Virus record (IMG/VR): IMGVR_UViG_2585427745_000020
Length of the DNA stretch: 51,184 nt
Direction: 5' to 3' (one strand)
Source: a virus
Lineage: Duplodnaviria; Heunggongvirae; Uroviricota; Caudoviricetes
Shown here: in pieces, positions 29,898 through 38,379 of the stretch
Position numbering within the stretch: position 1 is the first letter of the stretch
How the letters are laid out: each line of letters opens with the position of its first letter
The notes under the pieces: model-generated
Seen by the model: the letters and a program-made list of their open reading frames with translations, nothing else
Databases searched by the model: none
What the model was told of the DNA's origin: nothing
Translations under genes and position numbers: made by a program

Positions 29898-31349
29898 TCA
29901 GAATCCTCCTTTCTTCTTGGACTGCGGTTCCTCGCGTTCACGGCGGCGCATTTCAGCAGACTGTTGGTCTGTGTCATAAATAGCGCCATTTGCCTGAATG
30001 CAATACACCGTGCCGGTATTGCCATGACGATTGAGACGAAGGATTAGTTCGGTTTCACCAGGTGGAACACTGTCATCAAAAGCACCTTCACGATGGATCC
30101 CCACCCAATAATCGCAATCCTGTTCAATCTGCCCTGTATCTCGTGAGTCACTTGGTAGTGGGCGTTTATTGGTTCGGCTTTCCAGTGCGCGGTTAAGCTG
30201 CGTCAGAAGCACAACAACGCAATCAAGCTCTTTGGCAAGGTTCTTCAGTCCTTTGGTGATCATGCCGTAAGCAAGGTCGTTGCGATCGGCCTTCTCAGCG
30301 GTCATTAGTGTCAGGTAATCGACCAGAATCATGCCAACACATCCTTTTTCTCGCTTGATTCGACGGCTTTCGCTGACGATTTGAGCCAGAGATAATCCCG
30401 GCGTGTCGTCGATGTAAAGCATGTCGATTTCACTCAAGCGATTGGCTGTTTCGATCGCCCTGTTGAAGTCACCATCGTAATCACCCTGATAGCCGTCATC
30501 AGCGTCATTTGTCGCCGGAAGGTAAAAAATATTCGGGTTAACACCTGACTTCTGTCCTACCAGTTTTTCCAGTATCTGGTCACCGGGCATTTCAAGGCTG
30601 AACATCAGAGCGGGCTTTTTCTCATGCACTGCGCAATTGATTGCCATCTGGCTGTATAGCGTCGTTTTCCCCATCTTAGGGCGAGCGCCAATGACAAACA
30701 GAGAGCCTTTCACCAGACCTTTCGGTGACAGCATCCTGTCCAGCGATGGGATCCCTGTGCTCATTCCTCGTTGTTCGCCTGACGGGTCAAATCGCTTCTC
30801 AAGGTCGCTAACCCAGTCTTCCATGACCTCACCAAATGAACGAAGGCCGCGACGCGATCCGGTTTTTGCATGGTCTGTCAGTTGCGTGAAAATCGACTGA
30901 ATAGCTTCGTACTTCTGTGTTGCAGTCATTCCGTTGCGGGAATAGAGCAATTCCGTCGCTTCAGTCATGCGGTTGATGGCGTAGCGTTCCATTGCGGTTT
31001 CACGAACCTGCATTGCATAGGCAACGATGTTTGCTGCGCTTGGCGTGTTCTTTGCGATCTCAGCGATATAAGCAAAACCGCCAACAGACACCGTTAACGA
31101 TTTACGCTCCAGTTCATCGAAAAGCGTCAGGCCATCTACTGGCTTTTGCTCCCGGTGCATTCTGGTTATTTCTTCGAAAAGGATTTTGTGTGGTCGGCTG
31201 TAAAATGAATCGGGCTTCAGCATCGCCAGAACTTTCTGGACGCGCTCACTGCTGTCATCATCCAGAAGCAATCCACCAATCACCGCCTGCTCTGCCTCGA
31301 TGCTATGGGGCGGCGCATAAAAATTATCGGTCATCATGTTCACCCTCAC
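29898..31349 (-). CDS. Replicative DNA helicase (DnaB family, P22 gene 12-like)
   Basis: 483 aa; DnaB N-terminal motif (PHSIEAEQAVIGGLLLD), Walker A GARPKMGKT. Confidence 0.9.
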   Translation of the reverse strand: MRVNMMTDNFYAPPHSIEAEQAVIGGLLLDDDSSERVQKVLAMLKPDSFYSRPHKILFEEITRMHREQKPVDGLTLFDELERKSLTVSVGGFAYIAEIAKNTPSAANIVAYAMQVRETAMERYAINRMTEATELLYSRNGMTATQKYEAIQSIFTQLTDHAKTGSRRGLRSFGEVMEDWVSDLEKRFDPSGEQRGMSTGIPSLDRMLSPKGLVKGSLFVIGARPKMGKTTLYSQMAINCAVHEKKPALMFSLEMPGDQILEKLVGQKSGVNPNIFYLPATNDADDGYQGDYDGDFNRAIETANRLSEIDMLYIDDTPGLSLAQIVSESRRIKREKGCVGMILVDYLTLMTAEKADRNDLAYGMITKGLKNLAKELDCVVVLLTQLNRALESRTNKRPLPSDSRDTGQIEQDCDYWVGIHREGAFDDSVPPGETELILRLNRHGNTGTVYCIQANGAIYDTDQQSAEMRRREREEPQSKKKGGF

Positions 31350-32223
31350 GAACTTTCAGGTAGGTATTGTCGTTAAGCAGGAAATCAAATCCCTTTTTGT
31401 GCCAGACGGTTCCGCGTTGATGGTTTGGGCGTTCTTCGAACATCCATCGGCAATTTTCGCCTACGTAGCTCAAATAATTTCTCCAGTCCTGCATCGTGAA
31501 CCCATGCCCGTCAAGCTGGCGGGTTATCACTCCGGCTTTGCGCCAGAACGTTCGGATCTGGTTTTTACGCTTGTCATTCAGTGCGCGGATTCTTGGCGCT
31601 TCAGGAAGGATTTCGTGGTAAGCATCGACAACATCCTGACAGCTAACGGAAGGTTTTTTCTTGTCAGACTTTTTGTCTGCTGTGGCACTCTCTAATACGT
31701 CAGTATTAGAGATAATATTATTATATTCTTTATCTGTGGTAATTTGCTGGTAATCTGCTGGTACAGTATTGCTTGCAGGCATTGGTATTGCTGGCTTTGA
31801 GGTGGTAATTTGCTGGTAATCTGCTGGTACAAAATTTGACTGATAATCGTCATATTTCTCTACCGAGAAAACTGAGAATTTACCGTGTGAAACCCAGTCA
31901 ATCATGCCGAGTTTTTTGAACTTTCTAAGCAGGTACTGAACGCGATCTGGTTTGAGTCCTGTTTCAAACGCCAGAGAGTTTCTACCGCCAAGTAGCTTCC
32001 CTCTGCCTACCAGAATTTCTCCTGCGTCAGTCATTACATACTCAGGCGTATGCTTTGCTTTGAGGATTAAGTGAACCCACAGATGCGCAGCTTCTGCGTC
32101 CTTGTAAAACGGCACATCCATAATTTTACGGTGCAGCAAGGCATACCCCTTACCGCTGCTTTGATGCGGTTGTTGTAGCCTTCTGGCCTCTCTGGCTTCG
32201 GCTAGATTAGATATGTTACTCAT
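31324..32223 (-). CDS. Replication initiator (lambda O-type, origin inside the gene)
   Basis: 299 aa; position downstream of cII and upstream of the helicase; contains the peptide repeat [10 protein letters not shown] encoded by the iterons. Confidence 0.75.
   Translation of the reverse strand: MSNISNLAEAREARRLQQPHQSSGKGYALLHRKIMDVPFYKDAEAAHLWVHLILKAKHTPEYVMTDAGEILVGRGKLLGGRNSLAFETGLKPDRVQYLLRKFKKLGMIDWVSHGKFSVFSVEKYDDYQSNFVPADYQQITTSKPAIPMPASNTVPADYQQITTDKEYNNIISNTDVLESATADKKSDKKKPSVSCQDVVDAYHEILPEAPRIRALNDKRKNQIRTFWRKAGVITRQLDGHGFTMQDWRNYLSYVGENCRWMFEERPNHQRGTVWHKKGFDFLLNDNTYLKVREGEHDDR
31738..31831. repeat. Origin iterons (two 28-bp direct repeats GGTAATTTGCTGGTAATCTGCTGGTACA)
   Basis: Repeats at 31738-31765 and 31804-31831, each with TGCTGGTA sub-repeats, inside the initiator gene and next to an AT-rich stretch (31700-31735). 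Confidence 0.6.
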
Positions 32224-32396
32224 GACCTTTCTCCTTCTGCATCAGCTTCACTTTTTCCAACTCAGCCCGGAATCGACCAGGCTGCTTGAAGCTGGACAGG
32301 AAGCGATCACGTAGTATGTGTTTGTGAATTTTGTCCTGGTAAGGACTGAGTTGTTTTGTCATAATTACTCCTGTGGATTGATCCAGTCTTTCTACA

Positions 32397-32675
32397 TCAG
32401 GCCTCGAAGAATTCGCCGTTCTTCGGGGCTTTTTCTTTTGTCAGCATTCTGGCTACTTTCTTAGCCAGTTCCGCCAACTCCTCGTCTTCAACACCCCATT
32501 CAAGAACAGCCAGAAGCATTCCCATTTTTGGGATGAAGCTGTCTTTCCATCGCGAAATTTGCGATTCATTAATTCCTAACGCGTCAGCAACCTTTCGCTG
32601 GCCACGTACAGCAATTCGATTCAGGATGTTGCTTGTAATTGCATTCGCTTTCTTGCGAGTACTTGTAAGTTGCAT
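32397..32675 (-). CDS. cII: CII transcriptional activator
   Basis: 92 aa from [44 protein letters not shown]...LLAVLEWGV, resembling lambda CII. Confidence 0.85.
   Translation of the reverse strand: MQLTSTRKKANAITSNILNRIAVRGQRKVADALGINESQISRWKDSFIPKMGMLLAVLEWGVEDEELAELAKKVARMLTKEKAPKNGEFFEA
32402..32440 (+). terminator. oop-like antisense terminator overlapping the 3' end of cII
   Basis: 10-bp stem CCTCGAAGAA / TTCTTCGGGG with 7-nt loop, followed by CTTTTTCTTTT on the plus strand, opposite to cII. Confidence 0.55.
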
Positions 32676-32754
32676 ATGTAAGTATTTCCTTAGATAACAA
32701 TTGATTGAATGTATGCAAATAAATGCATACACCATAGGTGTGGTTTAATTTGAT

Positions 32755-32785
32755 GCCCTTTTTCAGGGCTGGGATGTGTAAGAGC
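32755..32785 (-). promoter_or_regulatory. nutR (boxA + boxB)
   Basis: Minus-strand CGCTCTTACACAT...GCCCTGAAAAAGGGC; boxB hairpin at 32755-32769; matches lambda nutR. Confidence 0.8.
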
Positions 32786-32794
32786 TGGAATGTC

Positions 32795-33010
32795 TTAAGC
32801 GGCTTTGTGTTCCGGCGGGAACACGTCATCAAGACTGACTTTTGCGCCTAACTTGTTTAGGCACTCAACAAGAGCACGGCATGTTTTAAGGTCTGGGAAG
32901 CGACGACCAGATTCCCAATGTCCGATAGCTCCCTGTGTGCATCCAACTGCCTTAGCAAGTGTTGTTTGAGAGATATTCAGTGACTCTCGATATTTTCGTA
33001 GGTTGCTCAT
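32795..33010 (-). CDS. cro: Cro-type HTH repressor
   Basis: 71 aa from MSNLRKYRESLNISQTTLAKAVGCTQGAIGHWESG...; XRE-type helix-turn-helix; divergent from cI. Confidence 0.75.
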   Translation of the reverse strand: MSNLRKYRESLNISQTTLAKAVGCTQGAIGHWESGRRFPDLKTCRALVECLNKLGAKVSLDDVFPPEHKAA

Positions 33011-33121
33011 ATGCCCTCCATAGTAACCATGAAACAATAATACGATATGTACTTTTAGAATGCAAACAAAAAATACATCTTGTGCATGGATGGTTTTAGT
33101 ACAGAGCGTAATAATAAGGGT
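33011..33121. promoter_or_regulatory. Immunity region (OR operators with divergent PR and PRM)
   Basis: 111-bp AT-rich spacer between divergent cro and cI; individual operators not resolved by eye. Confidence 0.5.
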
Positions 33122-33781
33122 ATGAAAATGAAATGGTATGAACTGGCTAGATCCAGAATGAAAGAGCTCGGCATAACTCAAGAGAAGTTAGCTGAAGAGC
33201 TTGGTATGACGCAGGGTGGAATTGGTCACTGGTTGCGCGGATCTCGTCATCCATCTCTTGACGAGATTGGTGTGGTGTTTAAATACCTTGGTATTGATAA
33301 CGTCTCATTCAACCACGACGGTACATTTTCACCTGTTGGCGAATACTCATCTGCCCCCGTTAAAAAACAATATGAGTACCCTGTTTTTTCTCATGTTCAG
33401 GCCGGGATGTTCTCGCCTGAGCTTAGAACCTTTACCAAAGGTGATGCGGAGAGATGGGTCAGCACAACCAAAAAAGCCAGTGATTGTGCGTTCTGGCTTG
33501 AAGTTGAAGGTAATTCCATGACCGCGCCAACAGGATCCAAGCCAAGCTTTCCTGACGGGATGTTAATTCTCGTTGACCCTGAGCAGGCTGTTGAGCCAGG
33601 TGATTTCTGCATAGCCAGACTTGGTGGTGACGAGTTTACCTTCAAGAAACTGATCAGGGATAGCGGTCAGGTGTTCCTACAGCCACTAAACCCGCAATAT
33701 CCAATGATCCCATGCAATGATAGCTGTTCCGTTGTAGGGAAAGTTATCGCCAGCCAGTGGCCTGAAGAGACATTTAGTTAA
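33122..33781 (+). CDS. cI: CI prophage repressor (HTH N-terminus, S24 autopeptidase C-terminus)
   Basis: 219 aa from MKMKWYELA...; C-terminal half near-identical to lambda CI ([21 protein letters not shown]...), N-terminal DNA-binding domain different. Confidence 0.85.
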   Translation: MKMKWYELARSRMKELGITQEKLAEELGMTQGGIGHWLRGSRHPSLDEIGVVFKYLGIDNVSFNHDGTFSPVGEYSSAPVKKQYEYPVFSHVQAGMFSPELRTFTKGDAERWVSTTKKASDCAFWLEVEGNSMTAPTGSKPSFPDGMLILVDPEQAVEPGDFCIARLGGDEFTFKKLIRDSGQVFLQPLNPQYPMIPCNDSCSVVGKVIASQWPEETFS

Positions 33782-33811
33782 CAGCCTCACCACTCTAAAG
33801 CACACAACAAT

Positions 33812-33840
33812 AACCCGACCTTAGTGTCGGGTTTTCTTTT
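33812..33840 (+). terminator. Terminator after cI
   Basis: Hairpin AACCCGAC-CTTAGTG-TCGGGTT followed by TTCTTTT. Confidence 0.55.
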
Positions 33841-33906
33841 TCCAAAATATAAACCTATTAAATACAAAGCGTTATAAAAAACCAATTATATTTAGAACAT
33901 TTTGTA

Positions 33907-33935
33907 TTGACTCGATAAAGTACAAATCGTACTAT
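33907..33935 (+). promoter_or_regulatory. PL-like early-left promoter
   Basis: -35 TTGACT (33907-33912), 17-nt spacer, -10 TACTAT (33930-33935), upstream of nutL and N. Confidence 0.6.
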
Positions 33936-33975
33936 TTAGCCATCAGCAGGACGCACTAACCACCATTGAAGGTGA

Positions 33976-34006
33976 GGCTCTTAAAAATTAAGCCCTGAAG
34001 AAGGGC
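33976..34006 (+). promoter_or_regulatory. nutL (boxA GCTCTTAAAAATTA + boxB GCCCTGAAGAAGGGC)
   Basis: Near-exact match to lambda nutL; boxB hairpin at 33992-34006. Confidence 0.85.
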
Positions 34007-34116
34007 AGCATTCAAAGCAGAAAGCTTTGAGTAGCGCGAAATGCAGCTGCAAGACAGCAACCGTGGAGATAAGCATCACGGCGCGTTACTCAAAGCTAAC
34101 TGACAGGAGAATCCAG

Positions 34117-34443
34117 ATGGATGCACAAACACGCCGCCGCGAACGTCGCGCAGAGAAACAGGCTCAATGGAAAGCAGCAAACCCCCTGTTGGTTGGGGTA
34201 AGCGCAAAACCAGTTAACCGCCCTATTCTCTCGCTGAATCGCAAACCGAAATCACGAGTAGAAAGCGCACTGAATCCGATAGACCTTACGGTGCTGGCTG
34301 AATACCACGAACAGATTGAAAGCAACCTGCAACGTATTGAGCGCAAGAATCAGCGCACATGGTACAGCAAGCCACGCAGTGAAATGGGTGTGACTTGTGT
34401 TGGTCGCCAGAAAATGAAATTAGGCAGCAAACCACTTATTTAA
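34117..34443 (+). CDS. N: Antiterminator N
   Basis: 108 aa from MDAQTRRRERRAEKQAQWKAANPLLVGVSAKPVNRPIL... matching lambda N; RBS AGGAGA at 34105-34110. Confidence 0.9.
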   Translation: MDAQTRRRERRAEKQAQWKAANPLLVGVSAKPVNRPILSLNRKPKSRVESALNPIDLTVLAEYHEQIESNLQRIERKNQRTWYSKPRSEMGVTCVGRQKMKLGSKPLI

Positions 34444-34451
34444 GGTGATAT

Positions 34452-34703
34452 ATGGAGTTTCATGAAAGTGCGATTTATGATTTTCGCGCTAACGCAAATT
34501 CAGTAAAACCACAGCCAATTGCAGTTCTTTTTAAAACAATGGGTGCGTGGGCTGTTTTATGCTTCGCCGCTGATGACACTGACGCAAGAATGGCAATAGG
34601 CCAAGAGATGGAGATGGACCCGACAAACGATGAATTCATAATTTATGGCGCTCCATCTAATTACTTACTTGATACCTGCAACATTTACAACAAGGCTGCC
34701 TGA
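34452..34703 (+). CDS. Hypothetical protein after N (ral position)
   Basis: 83 aa; begins 9 nt after the N stop; no recognised motif. Confidence 0.5.
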   Translation: MEFHESAIYDFRANANSVKPQPIAVLFKTMGAWAVLCFAADDTDARMAIGQEMEMDPTNDEFIIYGAPSNYLLDTCNIYNKAA

Positions 34704-34839
34704 TGGTGGCCTTCATTTTTGGCATAAACAACAGAATAAATACTGCACTGTGTATTCATTCCAACGAGTGAATACACGGAGCAATGTCGCTCGTAACTAA
34801 ACAGGAGCCGACTTGTTCTGATTATTGGAAATCTTCTTT

Positions 34840-34866
34840 GCCCTCCAGTGTGAGGGCATTTTTTTG
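34840..34866 (+). terminator. Rho-independent terminator (tL1-like)
   Basis: Hairpin GCCCTC-CAGTGT-GAGGGC (34840-34857) followed by ATTTTTTT. Confidence 0.6.
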
Positions 34867-34877
34867 ATGGAGGATAT

Positions 34878-35846
34878 ATGAGTGAAGTAACAGATTTAGT
34901 TGTTATTGAAAAAGCAAATGCAATGACTGTATTTCAGTCTGCAGACCAGATTGAAGAAATCCTTCAAAAGGTTGAACGTGAAGTTATGTCCTTTGTGCCT
35001 GATATCACAACGGCAAAGGGCAGAAAGGAGATCGCTTCTCTGGCGTATAAAGTTGCGCAGACGAAAACATATCTCGACGGTCTTGGCAAAGACCTTGTTG
35101 CTGAACTGAAGGAAATTCCAAAGCTAATTGATGCCAACCGCAAGACAGTGCGCGATCGCCTTGATGAACTGAAAGCCAAGGCGCGCCAGCCTCTTACTGA
35201 TTATGAGGAGGAGCAGGCACGGATTAAAGCCGAAGAAGAAGCTAAGGCAGCAGCTGAAGCTCTCGCAAAGCAAATTGAGTCTGACCATGAAATAGCGATT
35301 TTGATGGATCGCGAATTTGACCGCCAAAGAGAAGAGGCAAGACTCAAAGCGGAGCAGGAAAAGCGAGAGCATGAAGAACGCTTAAAAAGAGAAGCTGAAG
35401 AGAAAGCCAGAGCAGAAGCCGAAGCAAAGGCAAAAGCCGAAATTGAAGCAGCAGCAAGGCGAGAAGCAGAAGCTAAGGCCGCAGCGGAACGTGCAGAGCG
35501 TGAACGCATTGAAGCCGAGCAACGAGCACAGCGCGAAGCAAAAGAGGCAGCAGAACGAGCTGAAAGAGAAAAGCAGGCGGCAATTGAAGCAGAACGCCGA
35601 AAAGCACAGGAGGAGGCTGAACGAATCCGGCGCGAGGCTGAAGCAAAAGAGCAAGCCAGAATAGCAGAAGAAAAAAGAATCAAGGAAGAAGAAGAGCGTA
35701 GAGCAAAGGATAAAGCTCACCGGAAAGAAGTAAATAACAAAATACTTGCTGACCTTATCAAGGTTGGTGCATCAGAAGATGTTGCTAAAAATATCATAAC
35801 AGCCATCGTAAAAGGCGAAGTATTCGCAACAAAAATAACCTACTAA
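34878..35846 (+). CDS. Charged coiled-coil protein with extreme Ala/Glu/Lys/Arg low-complexity core
   Basis: 322 aa; strong RBS GGAGGA (34869-34874); globular N-terminus (about 110 aa), about 170 aa of AEAKAKAEIEAAARREAEAKAAAERAERE-type repeats, short C-terminal domain. Confidence 0.6.
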   Translation: MSEVTDLVVIEKANAMTVFQSADQIEEILQKVEREVMSFVPDITTAKGRKEIASLAYKVAQTKTYLDGLGKDLVAELKEIPKLIDANRKTVRDRLDELKAKARQPLTDYEEEQARIKAEEEAKAAAEALAKQIESDHEIAILMDREFDRQREEARLKAEQEKREHEERLKREAEEKARAEAEAKAKAEIEAAARREAEAKAAAERAERERIEAEQRAQREAKEAAERAEREKQAAIEAERRKAQEEAERIRREAEAKEQARIAEEKRIKEEEERRAKDKAHRKEVNNKILADLIKVGASEDVAKNIITAIVKGEVFATKITY

Positions 35847-35870
35847 TAAAACCAACATAAGGAACCACCC

Positions 35871-36002
35871 ATGATTTACGCAATCGCGGGAGGCGCTCGC
35901 ATGGGTGCCTTCCAATTAAATGAATCTTTACTTGAACGAATCACCCGTAAATTACGTGACGGATGGAAAAGAGTTGAGGTCTTATTATGCGCAATGAAAT
36001 AG
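35871..36002 (+). CDS. cIII: CIII-like protease inhibitor
   Basis: 43 aa MIYAIAGGARMGAFQLNESLLERITRKLRDGWKRVEVLLCAMK; ESLLERITRKLRDGWKR matches lambda CIII; not in the ORF track. Confidence 0.75.
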   Translation: MIYAIAGGARMGAFQLNESLLERITRKLRDGWKRVEVLLCAMK

Positions 36003-36139
36003 CCATCAATCACCAGATGCTTCGTGCTGCACAGAACAAAGCAGTAATAGCCAGATTTATTGGTGATTCAAAAATGTGGCTTGAAGCAAATAAAGCGATG
36101 AAATCAGCTATCAATCTTCCGTGGTATCGCAGGAAATGA
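35987..36139 (+). CDS. kil: Kil-like host-killing protein
   Basis: 50 aa MRNEIAINHQMLRAAQNKAVIARFIGDSKMWLEANKAMKSAINLPWYRRK; IARFIGDSKMW resembles lambda Kil; overlaps cIII as in lambda. Confidence 0.55.
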   Translation: MRNEIAINHQMLRAAQNKAVIARFIGDSKMWLEANKAMKSAINLPWYRRK

Positions 36140-36294
36140 GTTTTACAGATAACTGGTCAGACGAAGAATTCATTCGTCAGATGAAAGATTTAATCGGTAA
36201 CGAAGGAGATATTCATGTCACTTGCAACCACAGTGAAGGAGAGCAAGTTACAGAGACGCATGTACACGCAGAAAGCTCTCTGGTATCGCCATAA
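36136..36294 (+). CDS. Hypothetical small protein upstream of erf
   Basis: 52 aa MSFTDNWSDEEFIRQMKDLIGNEGDIHVTCNHSEGEQ...; ATGA overlap with kil; speculative. Confidence 0.35.
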   Translation: MSFTDNWSDEEFIRQMKDLIGNEGDIHVTCNHSEGEQVTETHVHAESSLVSP

Positions 36295-36395
36295 TGGCGA
36301 CCGCGAAGGAATGCGGGTATGCCTTAATTTGTCCCGAGTAGAAGTATTAAATCAGCGTTATTTCCTTGGGCCATGTCCATTCTGAGAACAATCAT

Positions 36396-37001
36396 ATGAG
36401 CAAAGAATTTTACGCAAGACTGGCAGCTATTCAGGAGAATCTGAACGCGCCAAAGAATCAGTACAACTCATTCGGTAAATATAAATACAGAAGCTGCGAA
36501 GACATTCTTGAAGGCGTTAAGCCGTTACTGAATGGCCTGTTTTTATCAATCAGCGATGAAGTTGTGTTGATTGGTGATCGGTATTACGTGAAAGCCACGG
36601 CAACTATTACCGATGGCGAAAACAGTCATACGGCAACCGCCCTTGCACGAGAGGAAGAAAGCAAGAAAGGAATGGATTCTGCACAAGTTACGGGAGCCAC
36701 AAGCTCTTATGCACGCAAGTATTGCCTTAATGGTTTGTTCGGCATTGATGATGCGAAAGATGCAGATACCGACGAGCATAAACATCAGCAGAACGCAGCA
36801 GCAAAGCAATCAAAACCATCACCTACACCTGAACAGGTTCTAAAAGCATTCACTGACGCAGCATTGCAGAAAAACACCGTGGAAGAGCTTAAACAGGCGT
36901 TCGCCAAAGCGTGGAAGATGCTCGAAGGCACACCGGAGCAGCACAAAGCGCAGGACGTTTACAACATCAGACGAGACGAATTAGAAGGAGCGGCTGCTTA
37001 A
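36396..37001 (+). CDS. erf: Erf single-strand annealing recombinase
   Basis: 201 aa from MSKEFYARLAAIQENLNAPKNQYNSFGKYKYRSCEDILEGVKPLLNGLFLSI..., near-identical to the P22 Erf N-terminal domain. Confidence 0.9.
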   Translation: MSKEFYARLAAIQENLNAPKNQYNSFGKYKYRSCEDILEGVKPLLNGLFLSISDEVVLIGDRYYVKATATITDGENSHTATALAREEESKKGMDSAQVTGATSSYARKYCLNGLFGIDDAKDADTDEHKHQQNAAAKQSKPSPTPEQVLKAFTDAALQKNTVEELKQAFAKAWKMLEGTPEQHKAQDVYNIRRDELEGAAA

Positions 37002-37384
37002 TGGCACATTCGATTACTGTAAGACTAAACAAGCCCGCAAGAGAGTTTCAGGCCGGGGAAAATATCGGATTCAACATCCGTGCTGGCGTTCAGTATTACG
37101 ATCGCCAGACAAAAAAGAAAGAATGGACAAACTACAGCGCCGTTGTATTTGCCAAGCCGGGAGCGCAAGCGGATTACTACCGTAGTGTTCTTGTTGAAGG
37201 TGGCATTGTAGAAATTACCGGAGAAAACATCAGGGTTGATGTTTATCAGGGGCAAAATGGTCAATCAATCACTCTTGAATTACTGAATGCAAAGATTGGA
37301 TTTGCAACTTCAGGAAACAGCCAACAGCAACAAAGTAACAATCATCAAAATCATCCTGAATACGACGATTCAATTCCCTTCTAA
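37001..37384 (+). CDS. ssb: Phage single-stranded DNA-binding protein
   Basis: 127 aa; TAATG overlap with erf; Q-rich linker and acidic C-terminal tail ending DDSIPF as in SSB. Confidence 0.75.
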   Translation: MAHSITVRLNKPAREFQAGENIGFNIRAGVQYYDRQTKKKEWTNYSAVVFAKPGAQADYYRSVLVEGGIVEITGENIRVDVYQGQNGQSITLELLNAKIGFATSGNSQQQQSNNHQNHPEYDDSIPF

Positions 37385-37407
37385 ATTAGCAAAATAAGGA
37401 TTCCATT

Positions 37408-37701
37408 ATGCCAGCGCCTCTGTATGGTGCGGATGACCCGCGCCGCTGTTCCGGCAATTCCGTATCGGAGGTGCTGGATAAATTCAGGAAAAACTACGAC
37501 CGGGTAATGTCGCTACCACAGGAAACGAAAGAGGAAAAGGAATTTCGCAATTGTATATGGCTTGCAGAGAAAGAAGAACGAGAGCGAATTTACCAGACAT
37601 CAATCCGACCATTCCGCAAAGCCACATATACCCACTTCCCTGAAATTGACCCGCGCCTGCGTAATTACCGCTCACGCTATGGCGCTATCAGTAATGACTG
37701 A
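37408..37701 (+). CDS. Hypothetical early-left protein
   Basis: 97 aa; RBS AAGGA upstream; no recognised motif. Confidence 0.5.
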   Translation: MPAPLYGADDPRRCSGNSVSEVLDKFRKNYDRVMSLPQETKEEKEFRNCIWLAEKEERERIYQTSIRPFRKATYTHFPEIDPRLRNYRSRYGAISND

Positions 37702-37711
37702 GGAATTTACC

Positions 37712-37876
37712 ATGAGAGGACTTGCATACAATCCCGGCATTCTTCCGGCAGAAATGATTATTCGCCAACGCGTAAAGCCAATGCCATCGAGAGAGGAATT
37801 ACTTAAGAGAAATTCTTTTCCATCAGTGAATCAAAACAAATATCTGAATGCGATGTTGCGGAGTGGGAAGAAATGA
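37712..37876 (+). CDS. Hypothetical small protein
   Basis: 54 aa from ATG 37712 with RBS GAGGAA; the upstream part of the track ORF overlaps the previous gene. Confidence 0.35.
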   Translation: MRGLAYNPGILPAEMIIRQRVKPMPSREELLKRNSFPSVNQNKYLNAMLRSGKK

Positions 37877-38379
37877 AACAAATGTCACTAATTGAGATGG
37901 ATGGATTTCTGAAAGGTAAATACATCCCACGAGATTTAAAGGTTAACGAAACAAACGCTGAATATCTTGTCCGTAAGTTCGGTGAACTTGAATCAAAACT
38001 AGAAACGGCGTTGCGGGAGTGTCGTTCTGCTGGAATCACGATTGATAACCTTGAGGCCAAGTGCGCGGCGCTGGCGGCGGAGAATGCGGGGCTGAAACAT
38101 GCAATGGCTGTAACTCTTGAGCATGTGTCGGTCACGGATGCAGGGCAGGCCGGAGTTGCTGCAATGATTATCAACGATGCTCTGCACCACAGCGAAACCC
38201 CAGCCACCGATGCTTTCCTGGCTGAAGTCCGGGCTAAGGCGTTTGATGACCTTTGCGCGGCGTTCGTTAAGCACGCGTCGGTGTCCGGGCTGGACGATGG
38301 CGACTGCGTTACGGTGAAAGAAGCGACGGACGCCCTGCTGCATTGTGCGGAGCAGCTTCGCAAAGGAGGCAACCAGTGA
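37873..38379 (+). CDS. Hypothetical early-left protein
   Basis: 168 aa; ATGA overlap with the upstream ORF. Confidence 0.5.
   Translation: MKQMSLIEMDGFLKGKYIPRDLKVNETNAEYLVRKFGELESKLETALRECRSAGITIDNLEAKCAALAAENAGLKHAMAVTLEHVSVTDAGQAGVAAMIINDALHHSETPATDAFLAEVRAKAFDDLCAAFVKHASVSGLDDGDCVTVKEATDALLHCAEQLRKGGNQ

Noticed and set aside
29822-29900. 27-aa hydrophobic minus-strand micro-ORF (MTIYITELITGLLVIAGLFIWGRVNRG)
   Set aside because: Plausible small membrane peptide by position, but too short to support without conservation or ribosome-profiling evidence.
31738-31831. Possible CRISPR-like repeat array (also considered for the iterons at 47915-48103)
   Set aside because: Only two to eight short repeats, no unique spacers of regular length, in both orientations, and located inside or beside replication genes; these are origin iterons.
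32226-32363. 47-aa minus-strand ORF between cII and the initiator gene
   Set aside because: No convincing RBS, and it overlaps the region expected to hold the oop-type promoter and the initiator translation start; more likely non-coding leader.
35124-35720. Three overlapping minus-strand ORFs (82, 160 and 112 aa) with Ser/Ala/Cys/Phe-rich translations
   Set aside because: They are antisense and out-of-frame readings of the repetitive GCA/GAA/GCC DNA that encodes the coiled-coil protein on the plus strand; no RBS and no plausible product.
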